Origin: a virus
IMG/VR virus record: IMGVR_UViG_3300029414_000238
Direction: 5' to 3' (one strand)
Length of the DNA: 64,000 nucleotides
The translations under genes and the position numbers were made by a program. This document shows, in pieces, positions 29,444-38,928 of the stretch. Below the pieces are notes generated by a model that saw only the letters and a list, made by a program, of their open reading frames with translations, was not told where the DNA came from and searched no databases. The number at the start of each line of letters is the position of its first letter. Position 1 is the stretch's first letter.

Positions 29444-30409
29444 ATGGGAATGGATGTAAACATGCTTGCCTGCGTGCGGGCACTTGCAGAAAACAGAATA
29501 CAGGATGCGAAGAAATACGCGGTCTGCTGTTGTGCCAATGACAATACGAAGAAAAATGAGAGCCAAGTCAGAAGATGTAAAAATCTTCTGCTCAACGGTC
29601 CAAATATGATCGAGCTGCCAGCAAATCTTAACGGGCTCCTACGTATGGAAGATGTGTCCAGCTTTCATGCCGAGCGGTACTACCTTGGGAAAACCCAGTG
29701 GGATCTTTTTGAAAAGATTAAACGTGGTGTGGCGGTCACGCTTAAATTAATGGAGTATGGGATTCCCTACAAAAACAGCACCCTCATATACGGCGTGCCC
29801 GGCACTGGGAAAACGGAGTTTGCCAGATATGTGGCGTATTCCCTGGGTATTCCTTATGCATATATTAATTTTTCCTTCCTGATCGACTCATTCATGGGGA
29901 ATACATCGAAGAATATCCAGCGTGTGTTCGATTTCTGCAAAGGGCAGAAATGTGTCCTGATGCTTGATGAGATCGACTGTATCGGATTAAAGCGCGGCAT
30001 AGGAGGAAATGGGGGACCAGATGGGGAAATATCAAGAACGACCATTTCTCTTATGCAGGCATTGGACGATCTGACAGACGGGCAGATCATCATTGCTGCC
30101 ACGAACCGGTACGACCTGCTTGATCCCGCTTTGTCCAGACGGTTCCAGAACCATGTGGAATTCCGTCCATTCAATTTTGAAGAAAACAGGGAGATGATGG
30201 AAAAATTCCTGGCGGCAGTGGACGAGTCTTTGCTGAGTGTTATGGAAATTGTAACGTATGCAAGAGAAAACCATACGCAGGCAGAGGTAACCGGGCATCT
30301 CATTGAAGTACTGACGCGCAAGGTATCGCAGGAAGTGGATGTGGAAGCGGCGCTGGAAGCACAAAAAAGTGGGAATGGAAGAACAGATGACTGGGAAAAG
30401 CTTTTCTAA
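29444..30409 (+). CDS. AAA+ ATPase (FtsH/CDC48-like ATPase module)
   Basis: Walker A GVPGTGKT, Walker B VLMLDEID and second region of homology IIIAATNRYDLLDPALSRRF. Confidence 0.75.
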   Translation: MGMDVNMLACVRALAENRIQDAKKYAVCCCANDNTKKNESQVRRCKNLLLNGPNMIELPANLNGLLRMEDVSSFHAERYYLGKTQWDLFEKIKRGVAVTLKLMEYGIPYKNSTLIYGVPGTGKTEFARYVAYSLGIPYAYINFSFLIDSFMGNTSKNIQRVFDFCKGQKCVLMLDEIDCIGLKRGIGGNGGPDGEISRTTISLMQALDDLTDGQIIIAATNRYDLLDPALSRRFQNHVEFRPFNFEENREMMEKFLAAVDESLLSVMEIVTYARENHTQAEVTGHLIEVLTRKVSQEVDVEAALEAQKSGNGRTDDWEKLF

Positions 30410-30438
30410 CCGGTATTAATGGCAATAAGGAGGAAAAT

Positions 30439-31363
30439 CATGGACAATCAGATTAACATTAAATATATGTTCACTGTGATCGGTGGAGGCTGGGAGCGTG
30501 TATCGAGGGCGTATTTTATTGCTGATGATAGGGTTTATTTTTTAAATAAGTTTTCACCAGATGATTTAAAAATGTTGGAGAATCATTTTGATGATATCAC
30601 AGCTACACTTGCTTCCGTGAATTTTGATACAACCGGGCTGGATTTTGTGAATCATGGCACGAATGTAGGGTTTGATATGCCGACAATTACCATGTACCGG
30701 TATGAGGATGGGAAATACAAAAAATTGTGGTCAGAAGGGGATTATCGAAATTCAGAAGCTGTCGATACAATCCAGAGCATTTTTCAGGATTCCGGCTACC
30801 TGGCAAAAGGGGGAAACCCGGTCTGCAAATACCGCTACTTCATGAGTGGGATGTTTTACCCGACTGACGGAAACGAATACGAGATCAATATTCCATCTCC
30901 AGTGATACATGACTCTGAAGAAGAAGCTATGGCTGATGGAAACTTTGGTTACCGCTTTATACAGATAGATAGATCGGTTGGACCGGTAATCGTTATATTT
31001 GAAAATGAAAATTTCAAAGTCACAACTGATGAAAAAGGTCAGTCCTGTTTAGAACAATGGGTTGAAGGGAAAATCGTCGGTACTTATACGTTTGAACAAT
31101 TCAAAAAATCGGGCGGATACATTCGAATGCTTAAACCGGAATGCAAAGGGAGAGGTTTCATTGATGGAAATACCGATTTTGTTCCAACGGAGAAAACGTT
31201 TGCGGACATATTCCCGGATATTCAGCCGCAAAAGCTTTATTACATTGATAACGAAGCATATTGGATTGGTGAATTAAAGAGAAATAAGGAAGAAACTCCG
31301 GATGGAAAGCCGAAGCTGTATACCGGGGATATTAACGAGCTGATCAAGAAGTTCCAAAAGTAA
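30439..31363 (+). CDS. hypothetical protein with shared C-terminal tail PDGKPKLYTGDINELIKKFQK
   Basis: 307 aa; the final 22 aa are nearly identical to the C-terminus of 45016-45402. Confidence 0.45.
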
Positions 31364-31434
31364 TCAGATCCGCAAAGTTGCCTCATGCCGGGGCAGTTTC
31401 TTATCGTCAAATACGGATACACAGAGGTTTAAAT

Positions 31435-32175
31435 ATGTTGGAAAAATACAGTTATGAATTGTGGAATGGAAATTGTCTGGAATTAATGAAATCTATTCCT
31501 GATAAATCAATAGATATGATTTTATGTGATCTGCCATATGGGACAACTAAGTGCAAATGGGATATCGTAATACCATTTAAACCAATGTGGGATCAATATA
31601 GTCGTATTGCAAAAGATAATGCTGCAATCGTATTGTTTGGACAGGAGCCATTTTCTTCTTTATTAAGGGTAAGCAATATCAGCGATTACAAGTATGATAT
31701 TTACTGGGAAAAAGAGCGGTTAACAAATATTAATCAGGTTAAACGGAGAGTTGGGAAAACTGTAGAGACAATATCTGTATTTTATAAAAAACAATGTACA
31801 TATAATCCTCAAATGATTAAGTATGAAGGAAAACTAAGGAAAAACAGGGTAAAAAATGGTAAACTCGGAAAACTTACAGATGAAAATGAAAAAAAAGTAA
31901 TTGAATATAATGATACTGGGTGGCGTTACCCTACGCAAGTTTGGAAATTTCAGAGGGATTGCCTAACTTCAAATTTGCATCCAACTCAAAAACCATTGCT
32001 TTTATGTGAAACGCTTGTCAAAACATTCTCTAATGAAGGTGATATTGTCCTGGATAATTGTATGGGGTCTGGAACAGTTGGTGTAGCATGCAAACTTCTA
32101 AATCGTAAATTTATTGGTATAGAACTTGAAGAGAACTATTTCAAAATTGCAAAGGAAAGGATTAGCCAAAATTGA
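31435..32175 (+). CDS. DNA methyltransferase (N4-cytosine or N6-adenine class, beta-type motif order)
   Basis: Motif IV DLPYG, then the QKP region, then motif I DNCMGSGT. Confidence 0.7.
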   Translation: MLEKYSYELWNGNCLELMKSIPDKSIDMILCDLPYGTTKCKWDIVIPFKPMWDQYSRIAKDNAAIVLFGQEPFSSLLRVSNISDYKYDIYWEKERLTNINQVKRRVGKTVETISVFYKKQCTYNPQMIKYEGKLRKNRVKNGKLGKLTDENEKKVIEYNDTGWRYPTQVWKFQRDCLTSNLHPTQKPLLLCETLVKTFSNEGDIVLDNCMGSGTVGVACKLLNRKFIGIELEENYFKIAKERISQN

Positions 32176-33992
32176 GAAAAGGACAGATTAAATTACTGGA
32201 AAAAGCAGAAAAAGAAGGATTTACAGAAGAACAGCTGGCTGTATTACGTGGTAATCAGATGTTATACACTTTAGATTATTATTACTTTTTGCTGAAGCGT
32301 GGTGTTTCTGCTTCTGTAATTAATGCAATCATCAAAGCTGGTGAAGGATGGGGAATGCATTCGTTTGGATTCCAGTTGATGGAATGTGGTTATTCATTGG
32401 AGGATATCCTTACATATATTGAGAAAAGCAAAAAGCTGTTACTTAATCATAATTATTTTTACGAAGAGATCATGACAGGGAAAAGTAAAAATGAAACTGA
32501 TGTGTCTTTGCGTAAAAGCTATGCAGAAACACTTATACAGATTCCCGAATTATTGAGTTGCCATGATCAATATATTACAAGGGCTGTCGAATTTGCAATC
32601 AATTCACGAATTTCAGTGAAAGATTTTATTGAGGAATTTTTCCCAAAGGAAGAGGATAGCTGGAAGGTCTTTAGAAACGGAAATTATAAAGATAGCCAGT
32701 ATACCGCTTTACTTTCGTTTTGGCGTAACCATATTCCACATTTATCAGACTTGTTATTGCCCAATGACAACAGTTTGTTTTACGAGCAGAAAGAAGTAGC
32801 TTTGGAAGATCAGATGAAACTTTTTATGGAAGCATGGAAAGCCCTTAACCATGTAACAGGGAAAGAACATTTCATTAAAATAAAAGACTGCCCCATGTAC
32901 TACAGGAGTATTGACATTAATAAGTCAGCAGTTAATATTTATCTGGCTTCGTCTTCTTATACAAATATTAACAAAGGCGAATTCCATTTTGATGTACCGG
33001 AAGTATCTATGAAACTGGTCATTTTCCATTCCGGTGGATATTACTATAAGGGTTTCAAAGACCGGCTGTTCCCGCTTTCCTTAAAGAAATTAAGTTCCAT
33101 ATGGAATGATTATGGAAATCTTGGAAAACAGGTGGTTACATTCATCCTTGGACATGCAATGGAAAAATTAAATGCCATGGTCATGAAGGATATCCTGCGG
33201 ACATTTGAAAAAGATAATTTTATGCTGCTTCCAATCAGACTTATCGACTGCCGGGATTCGTATAATTACAATCATCTGCTTCAAAAGAGGTGGGTTGCTG
33301 CGGATAAGATCAACTGGAACAGAACAGACGTCAACCTTGCTTACCTCGTAATTAAAAGTCTTCCGTACCTGGGACGTGAAAGCGATAAAAAACGATTATT
33401 ACAGACAAAAGATACATCCCTGCTTGATGTGGTGGATTCTTCCTTCTGGAAGAGGAGATGGAACAACAAATGTATTTCCACTTTCCTCGGATGCTTTATT
33501 GCAGGCGGTATCAGTGATGTGCCTGAAGACGGCGATCTGGATAATGTCAGAATCACAGCAGATGATTACATAAAAATGGCACACGAGATGCACCAAAAGG
33601 TTAAGCTTGGGTTCCATAGCTGGAAGAAACTTAAGGATGCGCATGACAAAATATCAAAGAAATACAAAAATCAACTTCACCGGGTGCATGTTCCAAAGAA
33701 CAGCAAGTTCAACCATCTGAGGGAACTGCTCCCGGAATCCTATGAATGGATCCGTACAGGCAGCCGTCTCCGCATGGAAGGTATTGAGATGGGACACTGT
33801 GTGAATTCTTACTGGCAATACATAAACCAGGATACCTGTGCCATATATTCCTTTACAGCAGGAGAAAAACGCTACACTGCAGAATTCCGTGTTGGCAGTA
33901 ACGGGAAATATACGGTCCGGCAGATCCAGTCAAAGTATGACAGGGGATGTCCGGCTTCTGTCCGGAAACAGGTGGGTAAGTTGATTTCCTAA
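32172..33992 (+). CDS. large hypothetical protein (606 aa), possibly PcfJ-like
   Basis: Overlaps the MTase stop. The C-terminal GIEMGHCVNSYWQ region is reminiscent of PcfJ-like plasmid proteins; this identification is weak. Confidence 0.4.
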   Translation: MRKGQIKLLEKAEKEGFTEEQLAVLRGNQMLYTLDYYYFLLKRGVSASVINAIIKAGEGWGMHSFGFQLMECGYSLEDILTYIEKSKKLLLNHNYFYEEIMTGKSKNETDVSLRKSYAETLIQIPELLSCHDQYITRAVEFAINSRISVKDFIEEFFPKEEDSWKVFRNGNYKDSQYTALLSFWRNHIPHLSDLLLPNDNSLFYEQKEVALEDQMKLFMEAWKALNHVTGKEHFIKIKDCPMYYRSIDINKSAVNIYLASSSYTNINKGEFHFDVPEVSMKLVIFHSGGYYYKGFKDRLFPLSLKKLSSIWNDYGNLGKQVVTFILGHAMEKLNAMVMKDILRTFEKDNFMLLPIRLIDCRDSYNYNHLLQKRWVAADKINWNRTDVNLAYLVIKSLPYLGRESDKKRLLQTKDTSLLDVVDSSFWKRRWNNKCISTFLGCFIAGGISDVPEDGDLDNVRITADDYIKMAHEMHQKVKLGFHSWKKLKDAHDKISKKYKNQLHRVHVPKNSKFNHLRELLPESYEWIRTGSRLRMEGIEMGHCVNSYWQYINQDTCAIYSFTAGEKRYTAEFRVGSNGKYTVRQIQSKYDRGCPASVRKQVGKLIS

Positions 33993-34091
33993 TCGGTACC
34001 GGAAACAAAACTGCCGTAAGGAAAACATGACATGCGGATTTTTATGTCATCCTTTAAATGCGGAATAAGATCGGAGATTCGATAATAAATC

Positions 34092-34283
34092 ATGGGTTTT
34101 AAATTTGAAGAAAAAAACGTCAGCTTAAAATGCACTGAGTGCGGTCAGGATTACGAAGATACGCAGATAATTGTGAATGGTGTTCCGAGCTGCAAATTCC
34201 ACATATGTCCGGAATGTCAAAGAAAGTTTGAGAAAGTTTTTGGAAAGATCAACGAAGTTAATAAGAAAGGTGATAGGAAATGA
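34092..34283 (+). CDS. small zinc-ribbon protein
   Basis: CTECG...CPECQ; a decayed paralog with an internal stop sits at 41805-41960. Confidence 0.4.
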   Translation: MGFKFEEKNVSLKCTECGQDYEDTQIIVNGVPSCKFHICPECQRKFEKVFGKINEVNKKGDRK

Positions 34284-34686
34284 GTACATTTTTTTTGATT
34301 TTTGGAATTATTATTGTAGTTGTTGGAGTAATTATCGCAATATTCGGCGGGGTTAAAAGGGATGGTGTAATGTATTATGCCGAATACTATGACGGTATGC
34401 AAGCACCATTTACAGTTTGCAAGTGGTGTAATGATTTTCAAATATTAGAAGAGTTATTAAAAATACTTCTGATATTTTATATCATTTATATTAACAATAT
34501 TGTGAGTCAAACACCTAAACTGAAAGCTTAGAGACAAATACCAACAGAAAGCAATCAAAGAGCGTGAGAAAGTTAACGACGTGTATGTAATAAATAAGAA
34601 TTAGATGAAGAAATTACCAAAATTGTTTAAAGAAAAAAGTCCAAAAATCAATAGTTTGGGGCTTGAAATTATAAGAGGAAGAAAAT

Positions 34687-34992
34687 ATGGACAATAGAAA
34701 AAAGAAGCCGGAAAAGAAAAAACTTCCGGAAGTCTTGGCATTAAAAACTGTACGAGGAGGTTTAGGTGACTGTGCGGGGAACGAGATGCTATACAGAGGG
34801 ATTCGGTGCGGAGAACCCTTGATCTGTACAGATCCGAAAGGAAAGCTTTACAGTATGACTTATAAGATGGCCAAAGAGCATAACTACATTGTGCGTGAGC
34901 TTAATCTTAACCAACCTATATTGTCTGACGGCTGTGATTTCATGAAGCGTAATACCTCAAAGGGAATAAAAAGAAAGAGAGCTGAAAAGTAG
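34687..34992 (+). CDS. hypothetical protein
   Basis: 101-aa basic ORF. Confidence 0.35.
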   Translation: MDNRKKKPEKKKLPEVLALKTVRGGLGDCAGNEMLYRGIRCGEPLICTDPKGKLYSMTYKMAKEHNYIVRELNLNQPILSDGCDFMKRNTSKGIKRKRAEK

Positions 34993-35028
34993 GTTGTAAT
35001 AAGAATGCTGCTACGATTATGAGGTATT

Positions 35029-35250
35029 ATGATTGTATTATTAGGCATTGGTATGATCATAGGACGGAATGAAAAATCGCCTTATGAAATACAGGAAGAA
35101 CTTGAATCAGAAGCTATTGAAAACTATGATAATGGTTCGGAAGTTTATATCAATGGCAAGAAAAACAATGATATAGATATTAACGGTATTAATCTTGATA
35201 AATACAATATTAAAATCAAGGAAGGAAAAATTTACCTGATTGATAAATAA
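35029..35250 (+). CDS. small membrane protein with KIKEGKIYLIDK tail
   Basis: Shares its C-terminal tail with 24671-25096; a terminator follows at 35258-35300. Confidence 0.4.
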   Translation: MIVLLGIGMIIGRNEKSPYEIQEELESEAIENYDNGSEVYINGKKNNDIDINGINLDKYNIKIKEGKIYLIDK

Positions 35251-35452
35251 GCAGCCAAAACACAGTTCCATATTCATGATATAGGACTGTGTTTTTTTTG
35301 TAAGAAAATAAATAAAATTTTAAATTTCCTTTGACGAATTTTGAGATGGATAAATATATATACTGAAGATAAAAATTGCCATACAGGAGACAGAACACAT
35401 AGAATTTTCTGTCATCCTTTAAATATCAGAAAATTAAAGGAGAACAATTTCC

Positions 35453-36889
35453 ATGAAAGAAAAATTTTTCCACCAGCTTCTTTCCATGTTTGGGGTAACA
35501 CCGGAATATCCGGAAACACTTATCCCGTCCGTAGAGGATACCGCGAGAATTTTAAAAATAAACCCGGAAATATATAAGAGATTTGAGAATGCCTATCAGA
35601 CTTCAGATGCTATAGGTATTCCCGGCTATCCCGTAAATGCAAAACAGGCTGCCAGAGAAAAAGAGGGAGTGGATACATCTGCTCCGGATCTTTCCTCTCT
35701 TATGAACAGAATCGTTAGAGAGTTGGAAAACGATACTTTTATCTGGCAGTACACGGATGGAACTGTTTCCCCATTCAGTATCAACATGCCGGAAATACCG
35801 GAACCTGTAACAGTGGAAGAGTTAAACATGGTTCCACGGGAATACCGCCCACAGCTTGCCGGGAATGTCGTCTGCAGGGGCTGGAATGACCATGCTGGAC
35901 GGCAGGCTGCATACTGGTATAACCTTGCAGTCACTGAAAAATCAGAAAAGAAAAGGGAAGAAGCTTATTCCATGTTCCGGAAAAGTCTGGATATCCTTAA
36001 CCCTGATCTTGTTACATACAAAATGATGGGGATGAATGTCAATTCCATGGGTTACTGGCTTCCAAAGATGGTGAATGCCATAAAGGAAGACGGCTTCTTT
36101 AAAATTCCAGACACAACAATCATTAAAATCCCGCTTCCTCTGTTACAGCTCACATTTCTGGAATACAGCGACATTAACCGTACAACCCTTGATATCGTTG
36201 ATGATTACTGCAGGAAGGTTTTTTCGTTGGACGAGACAAAGGAATACTTCATTAAAACCGGAGTTTTTTCATCCAAATATGATTTCAGAAATGCCCGTGT
36301 AAGTGGGGCAAAGGAAGTTCGTGAACTTGGCGAATACCTGCTGTATATCCATGGATTTTCAAGGGTTGTTGGTGGCCCAACATCCTATGGTGCTGCCACA
36401 ACTAACGAGTGGGTGGTTCGTGACTTTATTCCAGACACAGAGAATAACCCAACGATCTACCATGGTCTGCCGCTCCATACGGAATACCGGGTATTTGTGG
36501 ATTTTAATGCTACGGATCCCTTTGAGCAGGTGCTTGGTATCAGTCCATATTGGGAACCAAAAACCATGAAAAATCATTTCAAGCCTCTTGCAGAAGGTTG
36601 CAGGGGAATGGATCCGGATGCATACCATGACTACTGCACGTATTCCGTTGCCGAGGAAAAACTGATGAAGAGGTACGAAGAAAACAAGGAGAGGGTTCTG
36701 GATCATGTTTTGAATATCGTCCGCTGCAATGAACAGATGCACGGACAGTGGTCCATGGATATTATGCAGAATGGAAATGATTTCTGGTTTATCGACATGG
36801 CAACAGCAAGTGAATCTGCATTAAAAGAATGTATTCCGAAAGGAAAATTAAAAAAGATGAAAGAAAACTGGATTCCGGAGATCAGATAG
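35453..36889 (+). CDS. hypothetical protein (478 aa)
   Basis: Long ORF downstream of a weak cassette copy (35315-35360). Confidence 0.45.
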   Translation: MKEKFFHQLLSMFGVTPEYPETLIPSVEDTARILKINPEIYKRFENAYQTSDAIGIPGYPVNAKQAAREKEGVDTSAPDLSSLMNRIVRELENDTFIWQYTDGTVSPFSINMPEIPEPVTVEELNMVPREYRPQLAGNVVCRGWNDHAGRQAAYWYNLAVTEKSEKKREEAYSMFRKSLDILNPDLVTYKMMGMNVNSMGYWLPKMVNAIKEDGFFKIPDTTIIKIPLPLLQLTFLEYSDINRTTLDIVDDYCRKVFSLDETKEYFIKTGVFSSKYDFRNARVSGAKEVRELGEYLLYIHGFSRVVGGPTSYGAATTNEWVVRDFIPDTENNPTIYHGLPLHTEYRVFVDFNATDPFEQVLGISPYWEPKTMKNHFKPLAEGCRGMDPDAYHDYCTYSVAEEKLMKRYEENKERVLDHVLNIVRCNEQMHGQWSMDIMQNGNDFWFIDMATASESALKECIPKGKLKKMKENWIPEIR

Positions 36890-36898
36890 GGGGGAACT

Positions 36899-37585
36899 AT
36901 GAAAATTATTTATTCTAAATATACATTTGAAGAAGTCCACAATACAAGAAGAAAATGGTTATCTGATGAACCTGGTACATCGCGTGAAAAAATAAAAATT
37001 GTATTACGATCCTTTCCATTTTTAGTTTATTTTTTATTTTGTGAGTATATCCTTCTCATTAACATATTTGATTATTCACAGCCGCTGGCTTATAGAAATG
37101 TTATGAGGAAAATAATGAACCTTGATATTTATAAAAGCGCAGGGGTTTATAAGAGGCTTTCAATCGATATACTATCGTACGTATGCTATATGAGCGCTAT
37201 TGGCATTGCATTATGTCTAATAGCGATACTAATTCGCAAAATATATAAAAATATTGTATGCAGGATTATACCAATCAGTACGCCATGTATAGATAGAAAT
37301 AAGAAAAATCGATACGGGTATGATAAAACAATTGATATTGAAAAATTACTTGAAAGACAGAAAATGTTAAAAGAATTTATCAGTGATCATAATGCTACAT
37401 TTACTCTAACAGGGAACGTGTTAAAAGTGACAATTTGTGAAGATGGATATTGCGAAGAAAAGTCTTTCCAGTTATCAGAGACAGAAGCAGAAAACATTCG
37501 GGAAAATGGGACATTTGATTTTTCTTATCTTGATGAAGAATGGGAAAAAATAATGTCGTACATACGAGGAGAAGAGAAAATATGA
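36899..37585 (+). CDS. hypothetical membrane protein
   Basis: 228 aa with two TM segments. Confidence 0.4.
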   Translation: MKIIYSKYTFEEVHNTRRKWLSDEPGTSREKIKIVLRSFPFLVYFLFCEYILLINIFDYSQPLAYRNVMRKIMNLDIYKSAGVYKRLSIDILSYVCYMSAIGIALCLIAILIRKIYKNIVCRIIPISTPCIDRNKKNRYGYDKTIDIEKLLERQKMLKEFISDHNATFTLTGNVLKVTICEDGYCEEKSFQLSETEAENIRENGTFDFSYLDEEWEKIMSYIRGEEKI

Positions 37586-38160
37586 ACAGTGAAATATTTA
37601 GAGTAGGTCAAACCTACAGTTTCATGGGTTACGATTGGACGGCCTGTGATCTTGTTAATGATGGTAAAACCCTTGTGATTCAGTCCCATGGTGTAACCCA
37701 TGGGGAATGGCCGGGTTTTGTAATGCCGCAGTTCGGCAACGGGAATTTTTATGCAGCAGATATTGATGGCGAGGATATTAGTGCCTACGATGACAAGATG
37801 CAGACACTCTACGATGCCATCAAGGATGCTGAGGATTCATCCGCTTCCTATGGTAAGGGATTGTTTCTTATTAGCAAAGAAAAAGCCAATTTTACGAAAT
37901 GTGGAGAACCTGGTTCCAAAAATTACTGGCAGGCACTGAAGACAGCAGCGGAAAACGCCCGTTCGTTCTGGGCTACCTACTGCGCGTGGCTTGGTACTGT
38001 CGACGACAGCCACAATGCGTGGTATGTTCACTCGAATGGCTACGTCTATAGCTACGGCAATCAGAGCAGCGACTTTGTTGTCGCGCCGGCTTTCAATCTC
38101 GACTTGTCCAAAGTTGAGGTTGTTGAAAATCAAATTGTCAAAATAAGGTTAGAAAGGTGA
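37582..38160 (+). CDS. hypothetical protein, tandem paralog 1
   Basis: GYDWTACDLVNDGKTLVIQSHGVTHGEWPGFVMPQFGNGNFYAADIDGEDISAYDDKMQTLYDAIK is about 85% identical to the next gene. Confidence 0.5.
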   Translation: MNSEIFRVGQTYSFMGYDWTACDLVNDGKTLVIQSHGVTHGEWPGFVMPQFGNGNFYAADIDGEDISAYDDKMQTLYDAIKDAEDSSASYGKGLFLISKEKANFTKCGEPGSKNYWQALKTAAENARSFWATYCAWLGTVDDSHNAWYVHSNGYVYSYGNQSSDFVVAPAFNLDLSKVEVVENQIVKIRLER

Positions 38161-38165
38161 AAAAT

Positions 38166-38783
38166 ATGAATAGTCAAATTACAAAAAATAACAATGTTTT
38201 AGAACTCGGAAAAACATACCAATTTGCCGGTTATAAATGGACAGCCTGTGAACTGATCAATAAAGGTAAAACTCTTGTGATCCAGTCTCATGGTGTAACC
38301 CATGGCGCATGGCCGGGATATGTAATGCCGCAGTTCGGCAACGGGAATTTTTATGCAGCAGATATTGATGGCGAGGATATTAGTGCCTACGATGACAAGA
38401 TGCAGACACTCTACGATGCCATCAAGGAGGCTGAGGATTCATCCGCTCCCTATAGTAAGGGATTGTTTCTTATTAGCAAAGAAAAAGCCGGTTTTACGGA
38501 ATGGCGTGAACCCGGCTCTGGAAATTACTGGCAGGCTTTGAAAGAGGCTGCGATGAATTATCAGTCGTTCGGGGCTGCCGACGGCATCGCGTCGCTCGGT
38601 ACTGTCAACGGCAGCAACAACGCGTGGTATGTCTACTCGGATGGCTACGTCTACAACGACGAAAATCAGGACTACGACTTTGTTGTCGCGCCCGCTTTTA
38701 ATCTCGATTTATCCAAAATAGAGATTGTTGGGGACGAGATTATCATTATGCATAAAGAAAATTTTAAAGATGAAGAAAAATAA
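38166..38783 (+). CDS. hypothetical protein, tandem paralog 2
   Basis: GYKWTACELINKGKTLVIQSHGVTHGAWPGYVMPQFGNGNFYAADIDGEDISAYDDKMQTLYDAIK. Confidence 0.5.
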   Translation: MNSQITKNNNVLELGKTYQFAGYKWTACELINKGKTLVIQSHGVTHGAWPGYVMPQFGNGNFYAADIDGEDISAYDDKMQTLYDAIKEAEDSSAPYSKGLFLISKEKAGFTEWREPGSGNYWQALKEAAMNYQSFGAADGIASLGTVNGSNNAWYVYSDGYVYNDENQDYDFVVAPAFNLDLSKIEIVGDEIIIMHKENFKDEEK

Positions 38784-38819
38784 TATAATGAATTACGTTT
38801 TAAATTTATGGCGAAAAAT

Positions 38820-38837
38820 CCACAGGCTTGCCTGTGG
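38820..38837. repeat. 18-bp perfect palindromic hairpin CCACAGGCTTGCCTGTGG, left copy
   Basis: An identical copy sits at 40769-40786; the pair brackets the TnpB-like gene and neither is followed by a U-tract. Confidence 0.6.
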
Positions 38838-38928
38838 GATGAAAGCTACATTTTTCACTTACTTGTTTCAACAGTTGGACACATAAGTGAAACTACAGTG
38901 ATCAAATACATTGAGGAGCAGAAAATAC

